Below are positions 9,601 through 24,600 of a stretch of 30,666 bases of DNA, piece after piece. The position numbers were made by a program, and so were the translations under genes. The notes below the pieces were generated by a model, which worked only from the letters and a program-made list of their open reading frames with translations, did no database searches and was not told the origin of the DNA. The stretch is from an uncultured Pseudomonadota bacterium (GTDB taxonomy: Bacteria > UBA10199 > 2-02-FULL-50-16 > JAJFLM01), in NCBI GenBank assembly GCA_964645365.1, contig CAZXZM010000001.1, forward strand, positions 8,677 through 39,342, in the 5' to 3' direction. The stretch's first letter is position 1; each line of letters starts with the position of its first letter.

Positions 9601-12600
9601 TTGGACTCGGGTTAGAGATTCCAGTCGAGGTTTTCGATGAAACGACTGGTGAATTTTCCTGGGAGACGACCGTTGCCGACATCTGTGACCACACCGTGAC
9701 CTTCATCGCCTCCGATGGCATCAATGAAACAGAAGCAACGGTTGAGATCCGGGTCCTCCCCGATCCCGGCGACATCATCGACCCGCTCGATCTGGTCCGC
9801 GGGGCTCGGGTCGATTTTGAATCGAATCCGGGGCTCTGGACCGGCGATTGGTGGCGGGAAGAGATCGGCAATGACAATGGTTACTACGATGGTCATCTGA
9901 TCCGGTTGGCAAAACCGGGAAATGGCTCCATCACCGCCCGTCTCACTGGCGGCGATCCGGAACCAAATCAATCGCAAAATATCGCGATCGCCGGAGAACC
10001 GGCGCGTGCATTTTTGATTACCAACCGGAATGAGGTCTTTGCGGAAGACGCGCAGGTGGGAGCCTTTGCCTTTGTTACCGATAGCCAAGGGCGACCCATA
10101 GCGAATACCACGGTCACTTTTACGGTGGGAGCCAATTCTTTTGCAGCCAATCCCGTTCCTACTGAAACCGGAATCTATTACCGCTCTCTGACCCTCACCG
10201 GAACCAGCAGCATTACCTTGCAAGTTGCCGGGGTTGCCGAACAACCGTCACAAGATATCACATTTGTTCCCAATGCCACTCCTTTAAATCTTCCGGACGA
10301 GCGAGTGGGGATCCCCCTGCCACAGCGAAAACTCTACGAGAATGAAAGCTTTACCGTTCCGGTTTTGGTCAATACCGGCACCAAAAATCTGGTTGCCTTC
10401 CGGATCGCCCTCAATATTGGAACTGATTTTGAAGTCACCGCAATTGTGAAGGGAGCGGGAATCGACAGCGATGCCACCACCTTTGGAGCCTTGAGTACTA
10501 TTCCAACAACACTGCCAACCGATAATTCGATCACCTTCGGTTCTGCCTTAAGTCAAGGGGTGGCACCGCAAGGGACGGTTGAAGTCGCACGAGTCACCTT
10601 CCGTGCTAAAAGTGCGATTGCCAACCTTCCCAAGACAATCACCTTCACCGGCACCGCCCTCGAGTTGAAAGGGCAGACAACGAGTGGCGCGGAAGATATC
10701 CTGGCGGGGAATGGTCAACCGGTGCTGTTTGCCGACCATACCGGAACGACCGATGCCAGTGGCGCGCTCCGTGTCGAACCAAACGCAGCGGAAGGGATCT
10801 TTGCCTATGCCTCGGAGCCCTATGTCTTGAATGCCACCCCGCTTCTCGCCTCCCCCGATGGAACGGGGAACGTCATTACAAAAGTAATCCACCGTCTCAG
10901 CGCCAATGCGGTCGAAACGCTCCCGGCCGCCAATGCGGACAGTTACGCCAGTAGCGATGACGGTGTCGTTACGATCGATGACAATGGGAATTATCAGGGA
11001 GTCGCAACCGGCGAAGCCAATCTTGAGATCAGCTATCAAAGCTTTGATTTTGACGAGATCGGTGTCGTTTCTTCAGTCATCTCCAATGATGAAATTGCCG
11101 TCGAGGCAAGCGACCTGATCCTCAATCTAATTACCGGAACCGATCCCCCCACTTATCAAACCGGTCAGGTCCATACCTATTGGGAAGTTCCGGACCGACA
11201 GCAGGCCAATGGCACACCGGTCCAAATCGATCTGACCGAATCGGCCTCCCTTTCTTACCTCTCCGATGGCTGCGTGACGCTTGATGCTGCCATCACCGGT
11301 CTCGTGAAAAACAATGTCGCCGTGGCAGCGGCTGACTGTGGAACGGTTACCGTTTCAAATGGTGCTGATGACCTCGCCACCCTCAATTTTTCGATCAGCG
11401 ACGAGACCAAAACACCGGAAGCTTTTATTACCGTCCCCGCCTGGGTTGGGATCCACGACGCCCCCGATGTCCCTGTTTTAGCAAGTAGCGAGCTAAATTA
11501 CAGTACGCAAACAACGACCGCGCGCGTCACCGATGTCTTTACCGAATACGAACAAGAGATCCCCCTCAGGGTCTCGCTGGAATTTGCCGATGATGGGGAT
11601 GTCCGGATGGAGGTGACCGAGGAGGCAACCGCTTTTTCAAGTGATGATGAAGCGATTGCCACCGTCGACGGAGCGACGAAGCAGGCCACCGGGCTTGCCT
11701 CAGGCATCACGACACTCCGCGCTTCTTATAATGATATCGAGGCGATCGGTCGTATCAAGGGGGACATCCCAATCCCCGACGTCAACATCAATGGTTGTGT
11801 CAACATCGCTCGAACGGCAGAGGATCCGGCGGCACTTCTCAAGGGGCTCGCAACGGAAAGCACGATTACCGTCACCCTTCCCAATGGGGATAACATCACC
11901 GATCAGCTCTCTTTTACGGTCAGTGCTGGCGCCGATGTCATTGAGGTCTTTGATGACAACAGCTACCGCAGCCTGGAAACGACCGGCGGCCCCTTCACGA
12001 TCACGATCGAAACCGACGGCTTTCTAGGGATCCCCAATCAGACCTGCACTGCCTTTGTGATGACGATTACCGACCTAGCGGCAGAAGCGACCGAAGATTA
12101 TGATTCCGGTAATTTTAATAACCGCGTTCCGGATAGTTACTACTCGCTGATCGAAGGAACTGCCCATCACCAACGGGGACGCTTGCTGATCGAGGCTACT
12201 TGGTCGGATGAGAGCACCAGCTTGATCGGACCGGATGAAGAGGCGCTCTTAAATTCGGTCGCCGGGGGTGATAATTTTAATTTCAGTGGTGACGATCATG
12301 TCGATCGCCTCCCCGTCGCTACCGCAGCGGCCGGCAGTTGGCCGACCGGTTACTGGCAACTGGTCCCGACCGCAGCACCCCACACCGACATCGTTACCGT
12401 GACCTTAGACGATATCGTTGCCGCTCCAATCACAACACAAAAGACGATTGCGACCGCTAATGACCGGACCAATGTCACCGATCTGATTATTCGTGGCTCC
12501 GCACCCACTATCTTAAACCATGTCCCCCGCTTTGAGACCTTTGATGCCACAATGGCCTTAGTTGCAGGGAACTCGAGTGATCTCAATGTCGATGCCCTCT

Positions 12601-15600
12601 TTGGTGGAGACCGGACCGATGCTACTGATGCCGCCGTCACCGGCAATCCCCGCTACCGGTTGGCAACGGAAGGGTCACAGACGATCGCTGATTTCTTAGT
12701 CACCAATGTCGTCGAAGAAAAATTCACCGGCCAACCCGATGCCCCCGATCTCCCCGCAACGGTGGAGGGGAATGGAACGGTCATCGCCACCCGGAATGGA
12801 GTCGACGTCGTCACCTGGACCTTAGATCCCGATCAAGATGCAACCTTGTCAAAAGAATATCGAGCCGCCGTTAATCTTAAACCGGGGGGCAAAGATGTCG
12901 ACCTCGGCGCGGAAACAGGGCGCTTCGTCAAAGTCTTCTCAAATGGTCAGACGATGTCACTGACCCTCAGCGCCAATACCGATGGGGAAGATCTTACCGG
13001 CTACGAAGTTCACCTCTTCTTTAATCCGGCGGTCCTGACGGTCGATCCTGATAGTCTGGCCAATGCCCCCGATGGAACCAGTGGGGTCAGCCTGATCGAT
13101 CATCCAACAGATACAAACCCTGATCTGCAACGCGAACTGATCCTGGCAGGAACAATCAATCTTCCCTATCCCAGCGGAACCGTCAATCTCGGGACACTCG
13201 ATTTTGTCGCCGACGGTGACAAGGACCATGCGATCACCCTCTTTACCGGTACCTCAAAACTGCCAACCGAAGAAGAACCGGGTGCAACGGCCAATCCACT
13301 GGTAGCCGCCTCCGGTTGGGTCGATCCGGCGCCATTCAAAAATTACTGCGCCGATGCAGCACTCTATGACATCAACGACGTCTCCTGTCTGCAGATCGAT
13401 GTCTTAAACGATGGCGCCAACGACGCTCTCGGTGACTACAACGCCAATGCCTTGGCAAATATGTACGATGTCTTCTTAGGGCTACAGATCGTTCTCAGAA
13501 AAAACCATTTCACCTCACTCGAACAACCGGCCCCGAATCAACTAGAAGTCCGCGTCGTCAACAACCAAGACGACCCGGTCACTACCGGCAGCGAGGTGAC
13601 ACTCACGATTGTCGACAATCAAACACCGGCCAATACCGTCACCTTCAATGATGGTTCCAATTCGGTTAGCGGTACTACGGTTGAAGATGCTGGCACGGGG
13701 TTATTTACCGCCCAGCTCAATCCGCTCCAACATAATGATATGGTCACCTTTAATGTTGGGCTGACAACGACGCTCGCCTCCGGAACCTATACCTTTTCTT
13801 ACGACCAACCCCTGGCGATCACCGGAACCGACGGCGATCTCACCTGCACTCTAGATGGCGGCGAGTGTGGTGAAGATCAACTCTGCGTCGATACCAATGC
13901 CGATGGAGTGGTCGATTCTTGTCATGGGGGGGATTCCTGCACCAGTGATCTTGAATGCACAAACGGCCAGATCTGCACCGACGGGACCTGTCAGGGAGGA
14001 GAGGTTTGCACCACCAATTCCGACTGCAGTGACAATCAGGTCTGTAGTGCCGGAAGCTGCACCGGTGGCAACGACTGCAGCGATGATGGCGACTGCTCTA
14101 CTGGACAACAGTGTGTCAACGAAACCTGTCAAGGGGGTGGCATTTGTACAACGGATGGTGACTGCGCCGGCGGTTCGGTCTGTGATCCCCTGCAGGGCCT
14201 GTGTCTCTTCCCCGACGGTGAGTGCGATAGCAATGAAGATTGTGTCGGGGATCAGGTCTGCGATCCCGCAACCAACGCCTGTAGCGATCCAGGGGGATCG
14301 TGCATTGCCGATATCTACTGTCCGGTTCCAGGCGAGATCTGTCTTGGCGGGACCTGCCAAGGGGGCGGGGGTTGCACCAACGATTCTGAGTGTCCCCTCG
14401 CCGAACAGAGCTGTGTCGACGGCACCTGTGAGGGGGGAGAAACCTGCGAGGAAGCGGCCGACTGTGGCGATCAACTCACCTGTTCCGCAGCAGGCACCTG
14501 TGTCCCGGATGAAGATAACGACGATGTCCCCGATGAGATCGATAATTGTCCGGGCCTTGCTAACCCAGGACAAGAAGATGGGGATGACGATGGGGTGGGC
14601 GATGCCTGTGACACCGACAATAGCTGTACGACCGATGAAGAGTGTCCCGCCGATCAGATCTGTAACACCGCTGCCGATAATCCCGAATGTGTGATCGGTC
14701 CCGATGGGGATGGGGATGGTGTCACCGATACCAAAGATAACTGCTCCGATGATTCAAACGCCGACCAGGCGGATGACGATCTCGACGGGATCGGCAATGA
14801 ATGCGACGATGAAATCTCCGGTGAACCGGTCTGGGGGGCGAAGCTGTCTGCACTCACCCAAAAGGTCCGGGCAGCGACCGGCGTTGACACGGTCGGCGAA
14901 TGGAAGGGTCACTTCGACGACCATCACTTCACAATAGGACCAGCAGAAGACGGAAACTACTCCAGTGAGCTCTTGAATTTGACCCCGGCGGGACAGGGGA
15001 AGACGCGCACTTCTGTTGAAGAGGGGCCACAGTCGAGCTTCCAAGGCTACGCGATCGCCCCGGCCCAGAGTGAACTGCAGCAAAAGACGACACGCGGCAC
15101 GGTCGCGGAAAACCTACCGGATACACTCTATAAGGCACAACGGCTGACCGCCGATCGACAGCCAGTAGCCACAGGACAAAGCCATAACTTTAGCCCGGGC
15201 AATGCCGCAGCCAATCCAGCAAGCGACACGACTGATGACAACGGCTTTGTGGAAAGTCTGCTCACCATTGCCGACGCCCAGTTCACCGGCCCTGCCGATG
15301 GGAATGCGGCAATCGGCACTGAAACGATTACCGCACGTGCCCGGCCGGCGGTCGCCGACTGTGGTGGAGATATCTGCATCTGGCTGGAGACCTCCTTCAT
15401 TCCGATCTTCCCGAATGGAAACCTTACCGTACCGATCGTACTGAACGCCGGGGCCGAAACGATCGACAACTTCGATGTCCAGATCGACTTCAACACGACT
15501 GATCTCGAATTTGTCGGGATCGAGAGCAGCCTCCCCAATTTTGTGAGCAACCCGAACCCGAATATTGATGGTTACTCCCGCTTTACCGCCTTTGACATTG

Positions 15601-18600
15601 GTGCCGGTGGATCCAATACAGTCCTCGCCACCCTCACCTTCAGGGGAAATGCATTAGGGGATGGAGAAACAACACGCAGTACAGACTTAAGTGGCACGAT
15701 CGAAAGTCTGTATGCCGAGGGAAATATTGAAGTCACCGGGGCGACCTTCCGAGTCCGCGATGCGGATGGCTTCCATTTTAACCCGGCGGAGGTGACGGTC
15801 AATCAACCGGTCTTGCGTGAACTCTTTGCCTGGAGCTCGCAACCGGTGATCTATCAAGGATTGGGTGAACCGACTTATGACATCATCGCCCAGGCACTCC
15901 GCGAAGATGGGGAGATGATCGATGTTTCCGAAGAAATTGAAACAAGTGAAGACGATGTCACAAATGATGATGGAACGATTTCCAGAACCGTCACCATCAC
16001 CCATCCCGACTGTGAGGATTGCGAAGCGAGTTTCACCATCCAGATTTATCCCATCAGTGAGCTGAATTTGATCATCGACGACGTAGTGCTCGGCCAGGTC
16101 ACCAATCTCCCCGGCACTCCCTATCAACACACACCGCACCGCGTTGAAGCGGTCTATGCCGATGGAACGACGCGCGAACTCCGTTCCGAAACTGCCTTGG
16201 TCTTGACGCCCGAAGGTGCTGACCCTGGCGCGGTCAATGTCGATGTCGCCAATGGGCTGATCCAAGGAGACAGTGTGGGGATCGTTACTGTTTCGCTGCC
16301 GGATAGTTATGTTGCGGGTGGAATTCAAAGCGTCGCGGTGACGGTCAATGACGATCCGATTCCCTTGACCGAACTCCATCTCGTCGTTCCCGCCTCGATT
16401 GGTGCGAATCTCAATACGATTCCGGCAGCCCCGAACCGTCGCGCCCTCGAAGCGCAGGTCACGTCGGTCTTTACCGCCATCGAAACCGATCCCGACGCGG
16501 CCAGTCCGAACCCAGACGCCCAAACGACGCTCCGTCTGCTGGGACTGGCGGCCGATCCGGCCGAAGCCCCCCAAGATATCTCGGCACTCTTGGAAACCGA
16601 TGACATCGAGATCACCCCCGATGCCGCCGGCATTGTCGCGATCGAAGACCGGACGATCACCGCCACCGGCCCCGGTCAGGTCAATCTGAGTACCAAACTG
16701 GTCGGAACCGGCATCACCGATCCGAACACGATCGTCGATGTCATCTTGCCGGAAGGGGAACTGATTGTGAAAAAACTCCCCGGCAATGAAGAGATCCCAA
16801 CCACTGGTGCAATCAAACTCGCACTAGAGCCGGGTGACATTACGGAAACGCTGAAAGGGTATCAGGCCGAAGAGCGCTACCAGGTCTTTGCCCAATTCGC
16901 CTCTTCAGCACCGATTAACGTGACCGCCACAGCCATCTATCAAAAGATCGATCCGAACGATCGCTATACCCAAACACTCGACGGCGATGAACTGGTCCTG
17001 ACCTCGAATGAAACGAGCGCCGGCCCAGCCCAGCTCCAGATCACCGCCCTGGGCCTTTCCCGAACGATTCCGGTCGATGTTGTGACACTGCAGGCAATGG
17101 AACTGACAATGCGTGCCCCCTATCCGGAAACGGAAGGAGCCCCGCCGAAGACAACCCTCTTTAAGATCGAAAATTCCAGCGCCTATCAGTGGGTACGGGC
17201 CTGGGCCTTTGCACTCTTAACCGATGGGGATCGAGTCGATCTCTTCTCCTTTAAAGAGAATCCCAACCTAAATCTCGATGTCATCGGAACGGCCAGTCTT
17301 TCACCCGAGTCACGTTGGTTTGTCCGTGGTGCAAACGCCGGCAATGCCACCGTCACTGTCGGATGGACCGGCTATGAAGACAAGACGGATAGTGTCGGGC
17401 TTACCGTTACCAACACGCAGGCCGATATTACCGCCCTGGTAATCGATAGCCCGCAGTTTAGCGCCGGTAACAACGCGGTCAGTCCGGCGACCGACAAGAC
17501 ATTAAGCATTCCTGATGAGCGCAGTGCACCGTTTAGCGTCCTCGCCACCTATACGCCGGACGGGACCCAGGCGCTCCCGATTCGCTCCGATGACCAGACG
17601 GTTGAGGTGCCGAACCTATTGACACTGACGAGCAATGATTTAAAGACCGGACCGCCGGACGAATACACCCTGGAAAACTACCTAAGCTTTGATGATGGTG
17701 TCCCCGAAGAAAGCGCCCTGACAATCCACGAAAATGGCGCCGTTGAACTCAATGTAACAATCAATCCTATTGTTAATTTTGCCACCGAAACAAGCACCAC
17801 ATTAAATGTAGCGACCAACATCGCCCTCACCTTGGGCGATGTCGACCTCGGAGAAACGGTTGGTGTCCCCTTCCCCGACCGCTCCGGTGAACTCTTTGAG
17901 ATCCCGGTCTTTATCAAGATCGGTAACAGCAATGGGGAACGCGCTTTAAGTAATTTCGACATTCAGATCAACTATGATCCCGAAGTCCTTTCGATTGCCC
18001 ATGCCGATGGAACATTTGGTCTCACCGCCTATCAGGATCCGGCGGGGGCGATCTCGCTCGGCACCGATCTAGTCGGTAAGTCCTACAGCCTCCAACCGGG
18101 GGCCGATCCCGATCTCGGTCGGGTCAACCTCGTCCTCTGGTCGACCGGCAGCAATTCAGCCAATCATGCAGTGATCGAAGTGGCCCGGATTCGTTTCAAG
18201 GCGTTGAAGCCAGTCGGCAACGAAGTCACACTGATTACCGGAACGCTCAACGGTCTGTACGACTCCACGGACGCAGCGATTCCGGTCGCGGGGACGTTAC
18301 CGCGTGCGATCGTCGCCGGTGCCGGTGAACTCGATCCACCGGGAACACCACGAGGTGATCTGACCGGGAACAATCTCTTCTCCAGTGAAGATGTCCAGGC
18401 GATCCAAAATGCGCTAGTCAGTGGTGCCGCCGGTTCGCTCCCCTTGCCTGACGCCGACTGTTGGCCGGACGAGGTGATTAACTCCAACGATCCTTCGATG
18501 TGCGCCAAGATCATCGCCGGTCAGGCGCCCTTCATGGATTTCACATTCGAATATCCGTATCAGTCAGACCAGGGAAGGGTCCGTCTCCAAACGACACTCA

Positions 18601-21600
18601 CCGACAACGCCGATGGCAATATCGATGCCACCGCGGCACGCGTCACCTATCAAATTTCGGGAACCCCCTACACGGGGAACGAACTTGCCACTTTCTCAAG
18701 CAATGTTTTCGAAAAAATACTGACCGATCTCGACACAGCAGGAGACCTCGAGGTCATTGTTCAAGTGGAAGGATTGAGTGCTGGTGGCGATGTCCTCTGG
18801 AGCCATCACTATATGGGGACGCAACCGGTCCGGACCATTGCGATCAATCCGGGCGATCTCGATCCAGACGAAGATGAAGATGGGGATGGCGTCGATAATG
18901 GCACCGACAACTGTCCGTTTACTTTTAATCCAGGACAAGAAGATGGAAATGGCAATGACATCGGCGATGCGTGCGATGATTGTGCTCCAACACCTGATGG
19001 TGACGGGGATGGTGTCGGGGATGCGTGCGATAACTGTGCGGACATTCCGAATCTCGATCAGATCGATGAAGACCACGACGCGATCGGGAACGCCTGCGAC
19101 AACTGTCTTTCGATCTCCAACAACGATCAAGCAAACAGTAATGGCAACTTAATCGGCGATGCCTGCGAAGGCTTGGATCAGGATGACGACGGAGATGGAA
19201 TTCCGAATGGGGAAGACAACTGTCTGGATGTCGCCAATCCGGATCAGGACGATGGCGATGAAGATGGTATTGGTGATCTTTGTGAGTCGTGCACGCAAAC
19301 GAGTGAATGTGCGACTGGTCTCGTCTGTGTCGCCGGCACCTGCACCGACGAAGGGGGGAGCTGCACCCCCGAAACGGTCGACACCGACTGTGCCCCCGAT
19401 CAAATTTGTATCGACGGGGCCTGTGACGGCGGTGGGGCCTGTGACGATACGAGTGACTGTCCGCTCGGCGATCAGGTCTGTCATGAAGGGACCTGCGTCT
19501 CGCTCTGTCCCAATGGAACCCCGGCAATCGATGGTGAGTGCGAACCCTCAGAAACCGGGGCCCCCTCTTTTGTCGGGCTGACGAATGAGACGACACGTAT
19601 TGCTGGAGAAACGGTCGACATTACATTTACAGTCGAAGATCCCGACGGTCCCGATGAAACACTGGTTGAAATGAGTTCGGTCGAAGGGACCCCCGATCAT
19701 TCGACTTTCGCTACGATTCCGGATTTAGCAACACACACAACCGAGGGGCATCTGGTCTGGACAACCGTCCTCGAAGATATCGGTGACTATCATCTCACCT
19801 TTACGGCTACCGATGACGATGGTCACGAAACCCTCGCCACCTTGACGATCCATGTCATTGAAAATCCGGCCCTCGGGGGGCTACCGGTGGTCGGTGCCAA
19901 GGTGAGTTTTGATTCCGATCCCTCGACAATGGCCCGCTGGGAGGAACGGTGGTGGGATCAAGAAACCGCTGCAGACGGTCAATACATCGGTCCCTTTGGT
20001 GGTCTCTTCCAGACCGGCTCCTTTGACCTGTTGGGACAAATCGATGGAAGCCTCTTCCAGGCTGACAGCGCCGAAGTCCTACGCGATCAACGTGAAGTGA
20101 CGATCAACGAGACACCAACCAATGGTTTCTTGATTGCGGCAACACCGGAGGTCTTTCAGGAAGAAGCCGATGGCAGTGGTGAAGCGCAAATCTTCGCCTT
20201 CTTAACCGATGCACTTGGGCGTCCGTATGACGATGAGGATTTCACCGTCACGGTAACAGGAGCGGGGGGTGCGAATGCCACCCTCACCCACCTCGATACC
20301 GAAGAAGGGGTCTATGGAGGGAGCATCACTCTTCCCGCTGGGCAGTTCCCGAACGACGACTACGAATTAACACTGACCGCGCCGGTCTTAGCCGGTCCGC
20401 CAGCGACGTTACTCGATCTGGTGACCTACAGTGCTCCACCGAACATTCCAGATGAGTTCCTGCGTGCCGAACTGCCGCAAGGTAAATTTGCCCCCAATGA
20501 AATCTTTGACGTACCGGTCTATGTTAATGCCGGTGGTTCGAACCTGGCGAGCTTTACCCTAACCGTTAATTTCGATGATCGCCTCGAACTCATTGATAAT
20601 AGCGGTTTCAAAGTCACCGCCGGTCCCGGCATCGATCCGATCAACAACGGCACCTTAACGATCAATCCTGATTCGGTCACCTTCACCGGAACGATCGGTG
20701 CCACTGCAGCTCCCATCACCGGCCTTCACGCCCTAGTCACGACCCTCCATTTCCGTGTCAAGAGCGATGCCGTCTTGCCGAGCGATGTGGTCACCACCTT
20801 TATGAGTGGAACAATCGCTAGCGCCCAGGCGAAGGTCGGCTCCGGTTTTGAGGACCTCGATTCCAACGGGGAGGATCTCCTCCTGTCTGATCACACCGGC
20901 ACGAGTGATGCCGATGGAGACCTGCGCTTGATCCCCGATGCGATGCAGGGTTTCTTTGCCTACGCGTCGCTTCCGGTCCTGATGCACGATGTCGCACCGG
21001 GTAACGATCCCTTAGCGACCGAATCGGGTTCTCTGATCACACGCGTTGTCTACCACTCCAGCAGCGATGAGTTGGGAGAGATTCCAGTAGGGGCTACCGT
21101 TGTCTATCATTCAGGCGATAGCGGTATTGTGGCATTTGAGGATGCCAGTGAACGTTTTTATCACGCCGTATCGACCGACACGACGACGATCGATGTCACG
21201 ATCGATGGAGAAACATCAGCGCCAACAACGGTCCGGGCAATCGCACCAGCCATTGAAGATTTTCATATTGAACTGGGAGATACGACCTTAAGCAAGATCA
21301 GCGGCGGCGATGATTTTCAGACCACACAAGGCCATCTGGTCTGGACCGTCCCGGGAGTCACCCGACCGGACGGCACCACCCCCTTGACCTTTGACTTAAG
21401 TGCGAAGATCAAACAATGGAACCTCACGGAGGCCACCGTAGGCGTTGTTACCGTCGTTGACGATGATGGAATGGTCACTGTCGATCCGACGAGTGAATCG
21501 GGGAGTGTCACCCTGCAGGCAATCGGCGAAGGCCCCACGAGTGAGGCTGGTGACGATGAAATCATCACTGAACGAACGATCGCCATCGATGCCGACACTC

Positions 21601-24600
21601 CAGTGGCGGTCTCCGATCTGATCATCGCCGTCCCCGCCTCCGTCCTGATGACCGAGGATCCAACCCTCCATGCCGATCTCCAAAATATGGGGACTGCCAC
21701 GGCAATGATCTATGCCACCAACGCCTTCACCAAATATGGACGTGAGGCTCCGATCACTTACTGGGCGCTGTTTGGTGAAACAGTTGATCACGATGACGAC
21801 CCCGCGACGGCACCGATCGAGGTCCGGATGCCGCTAACGGGAGATGATCTCGATGCAGACTTAGCCATTGACGAAGTGAGCGGCCAACAACTCTTTGATG
21901 AAACATTCATCAGCGACAATAACAATAACAAACTGAAAGTGACCGCCGCCTGCCCGACCGGCGAGGAGGCTACCTGTGATACGAATGTCAACGCGACCTA
22001 CCGCGGTACAACTTATTCGACCCCACTCTATGTCGCGATCATCGCCCCCGATGTCGATATCATCGGCGACACCCTCCTCGCCCGTTCGGCGGACGACTTA
22101 AGTGCCACACTCTATAACCCACCGCTGCCGGTCAGTACCCAACTCGAAATTCAGAATCATGAAACGGAACAAGATATCACCAGTCACTTCAGTTTTTCGA
22201 TCGCGCCGGAACAGCAAAACATTGCCACGACGACACCGGAAGGCTTGGTGACGGCCGATGCAGCCGGCCCCGGCGGTGAAGTGACCGTCACAATCCACAA
22301 TGAAGATGGTTTCTTAGGGATTCTCGATCAGACTTACGTCATCCAGGTTATTACCTTAGAATCACTCACGCCCGAGGTTTACGAAGACTACGATCCGGCG
22401 ACACGCCCCGGCTACAATCCGGCCACCGGTGAAAAATTTGCGAGTGCCCACTCCGAAACTGTCCTGCAACTCGTCGAACAAGGAGGCGATAAATGGCAGC
22501 AGGCCCGCCTCTGCTTAAAGGGAACCTGGAACAACGGCGTTACTTTTTATCTTGACGATGCTGCGGTGGTTCTCAATGAAGTCTCCGGAGAAGGACTGAG
22601 TGGTGACCTGGAAATTGAGATTCCAGGGGTCTTTTCACTGGAAGCAACCGACGCAAATCCCGATTCGAATTGGCCCGGCTGTTGGCGTGTCACGACCGAT
22701 TCGGCGACTGCCGATCCCTTTACAGTATCGCTCACCGGTGATTCGGTCGCGGAAGACTTTAACGATATTGCGATCACACTCACCGCCGATGCTACCGATG
22801 GCAACCACGTTCAGGTGGATGACCTTGAGATCCGCGGCCGCGGTGGAATCAATAACCAAACGGTCGACATCGCCTCCGACACCGGAATGCTTTCTGCCGA
22901 TGCAACCTTTAAGGCGACCGTTGATTCAACCGCCAATCTCTGGATCAAATCAACCTTCAGCGACAATGCCCGCTTTGTCTTAGTCGATGATAATGATCAG
23001 GTCTTTGACGGTTTTGTCCTCTTTAATGACTTTGCCGAGATCCCACTCCCGAACCCGGCTCCCGCGGCAGCCCCCTCGGCAACGATCAGTGTCGATGGCC
23101 AATTGAGAATCGATGCCAACGGGGCGGTTGGAATGACAGTTGCACTCGCCGCAGATTTAGCTCCGGCCTACAGTCGTCCTCATCGAATCGCCAATAATCT
23201 GCTCCCTACAAATGACGGCGATGTCGATATCGGTCCGACAACCGGTCGCTTTATGCCGGTCTTAGGGGGTGCCCCGATCCCGATCCGGATCAATGTCGGT
23301 GCCGGTTCCTTTGATACGACAACGATTGAAATTGATTATGACCCGCGGGTCTTGCTCTTCAATACCGCAAGCTACACTCCGGCTGCGAATATTGCCTGGA
23401 TTCCAAAAAATGAGCCGACCAGCGTAGAGACGATGACAACGGCAACAGATGCTCCCTGCCCTGCAGACCCGAGTGATCCCTGCGAAGCGACCTTTACGTT
23501 GACCGCCTGGTCTACCGCCGCTTCCGCTCCGACTGGCACGATCACACTTGGAACAATTCAGGTAATCGGCCGCAAATTCCCAGGCCACACCGTCACCGAA
23601 CTGACCGGTAACGCCACCACATCGCTGGCCGATGCCACCGAAGTCACCAAAGATCCAATCGTTGCTGGAACTGGTTGGGTCGATCCCCCCGGACTGAAAG
23701 ACTATGCTAATGCTGACGGTCTCCATACTCCCGGTGACGTCACGCAGCTCTTGATCGACATTAATAATCCAGCCATTGGCGGAACTGGGGTCAGTGATCT
23801 TCCCGACGGACATGGGGGATGGCTCGGTGATTACGATGACAGTGGAACGGCCAATGCCTCCGATGTTCTGCTGGGGCGTCAGATCCTATCGAGTTGGTTC
23901 TATTTCCACGATATCACGACGACCGGCGGCGACGGGAACTACACCCTGAATATCCAGTTGCTCAATAAAAACAATGTAGCGATCACCACGGGAACAACGG
24001 TCACAGTCGATGTCACGAATATGAATCCGCTCAATACGGTTCTCTTCGACGGAGCGGCCTCAGCCACAATGACCCCCGATGATCCATTTACGATCCCGAT
24101 GACGGTCACCTACAACGACAGCATCACCCTCCGCTTTGAGCTGGCGGTCGATGTCGGTGGTAGCACCGGAACAAATTCCACTTATGTCTATCGCACGCTG
24201 AGCTTTGATGGTTCTTCCGGCAATCCCCCCTTATGTCCCGAGGACAAAGAGTATTGCGCCGATTTCGATCAATGCTGCGACAGCGGCTGTGGCGATGCCG
24301 GTAGTTGTGTCGATGTCATCTGCCCAGCCGGACAACAACTGGTGGGCGATGGTTGTGTCCCGATCCCCTGTGCTGGTAACGACGACTGCCCCTACAATGC
24401 CACCTGCAGCAGCGGGGTCTGTATCGATGTCTGTGATGAATCGATCGCTCCTGCGTGTTCCGATGGCGAGAGCTGTCAACCGGGACCGGGTCATACCGGC
24501 ATCTGTGACGATCCCTGCTCTGGCGTCGTCTGTAGCGGTGATCTCACCTGTCAGGTTATCGATGAGGAACTGCAGTGTTGTGATGCCGACGGAGACAATT

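Noticed and set aside
18861-19280. Possible RTX (GGxGxD) Ca-binding repeats implying type I secretion
   Set aside because: The acidic repeats are DxDGDG...DNC (TSP3 type) with Cys, not RTX nonapeptides, and the protein has an N-terminal signal peptide.
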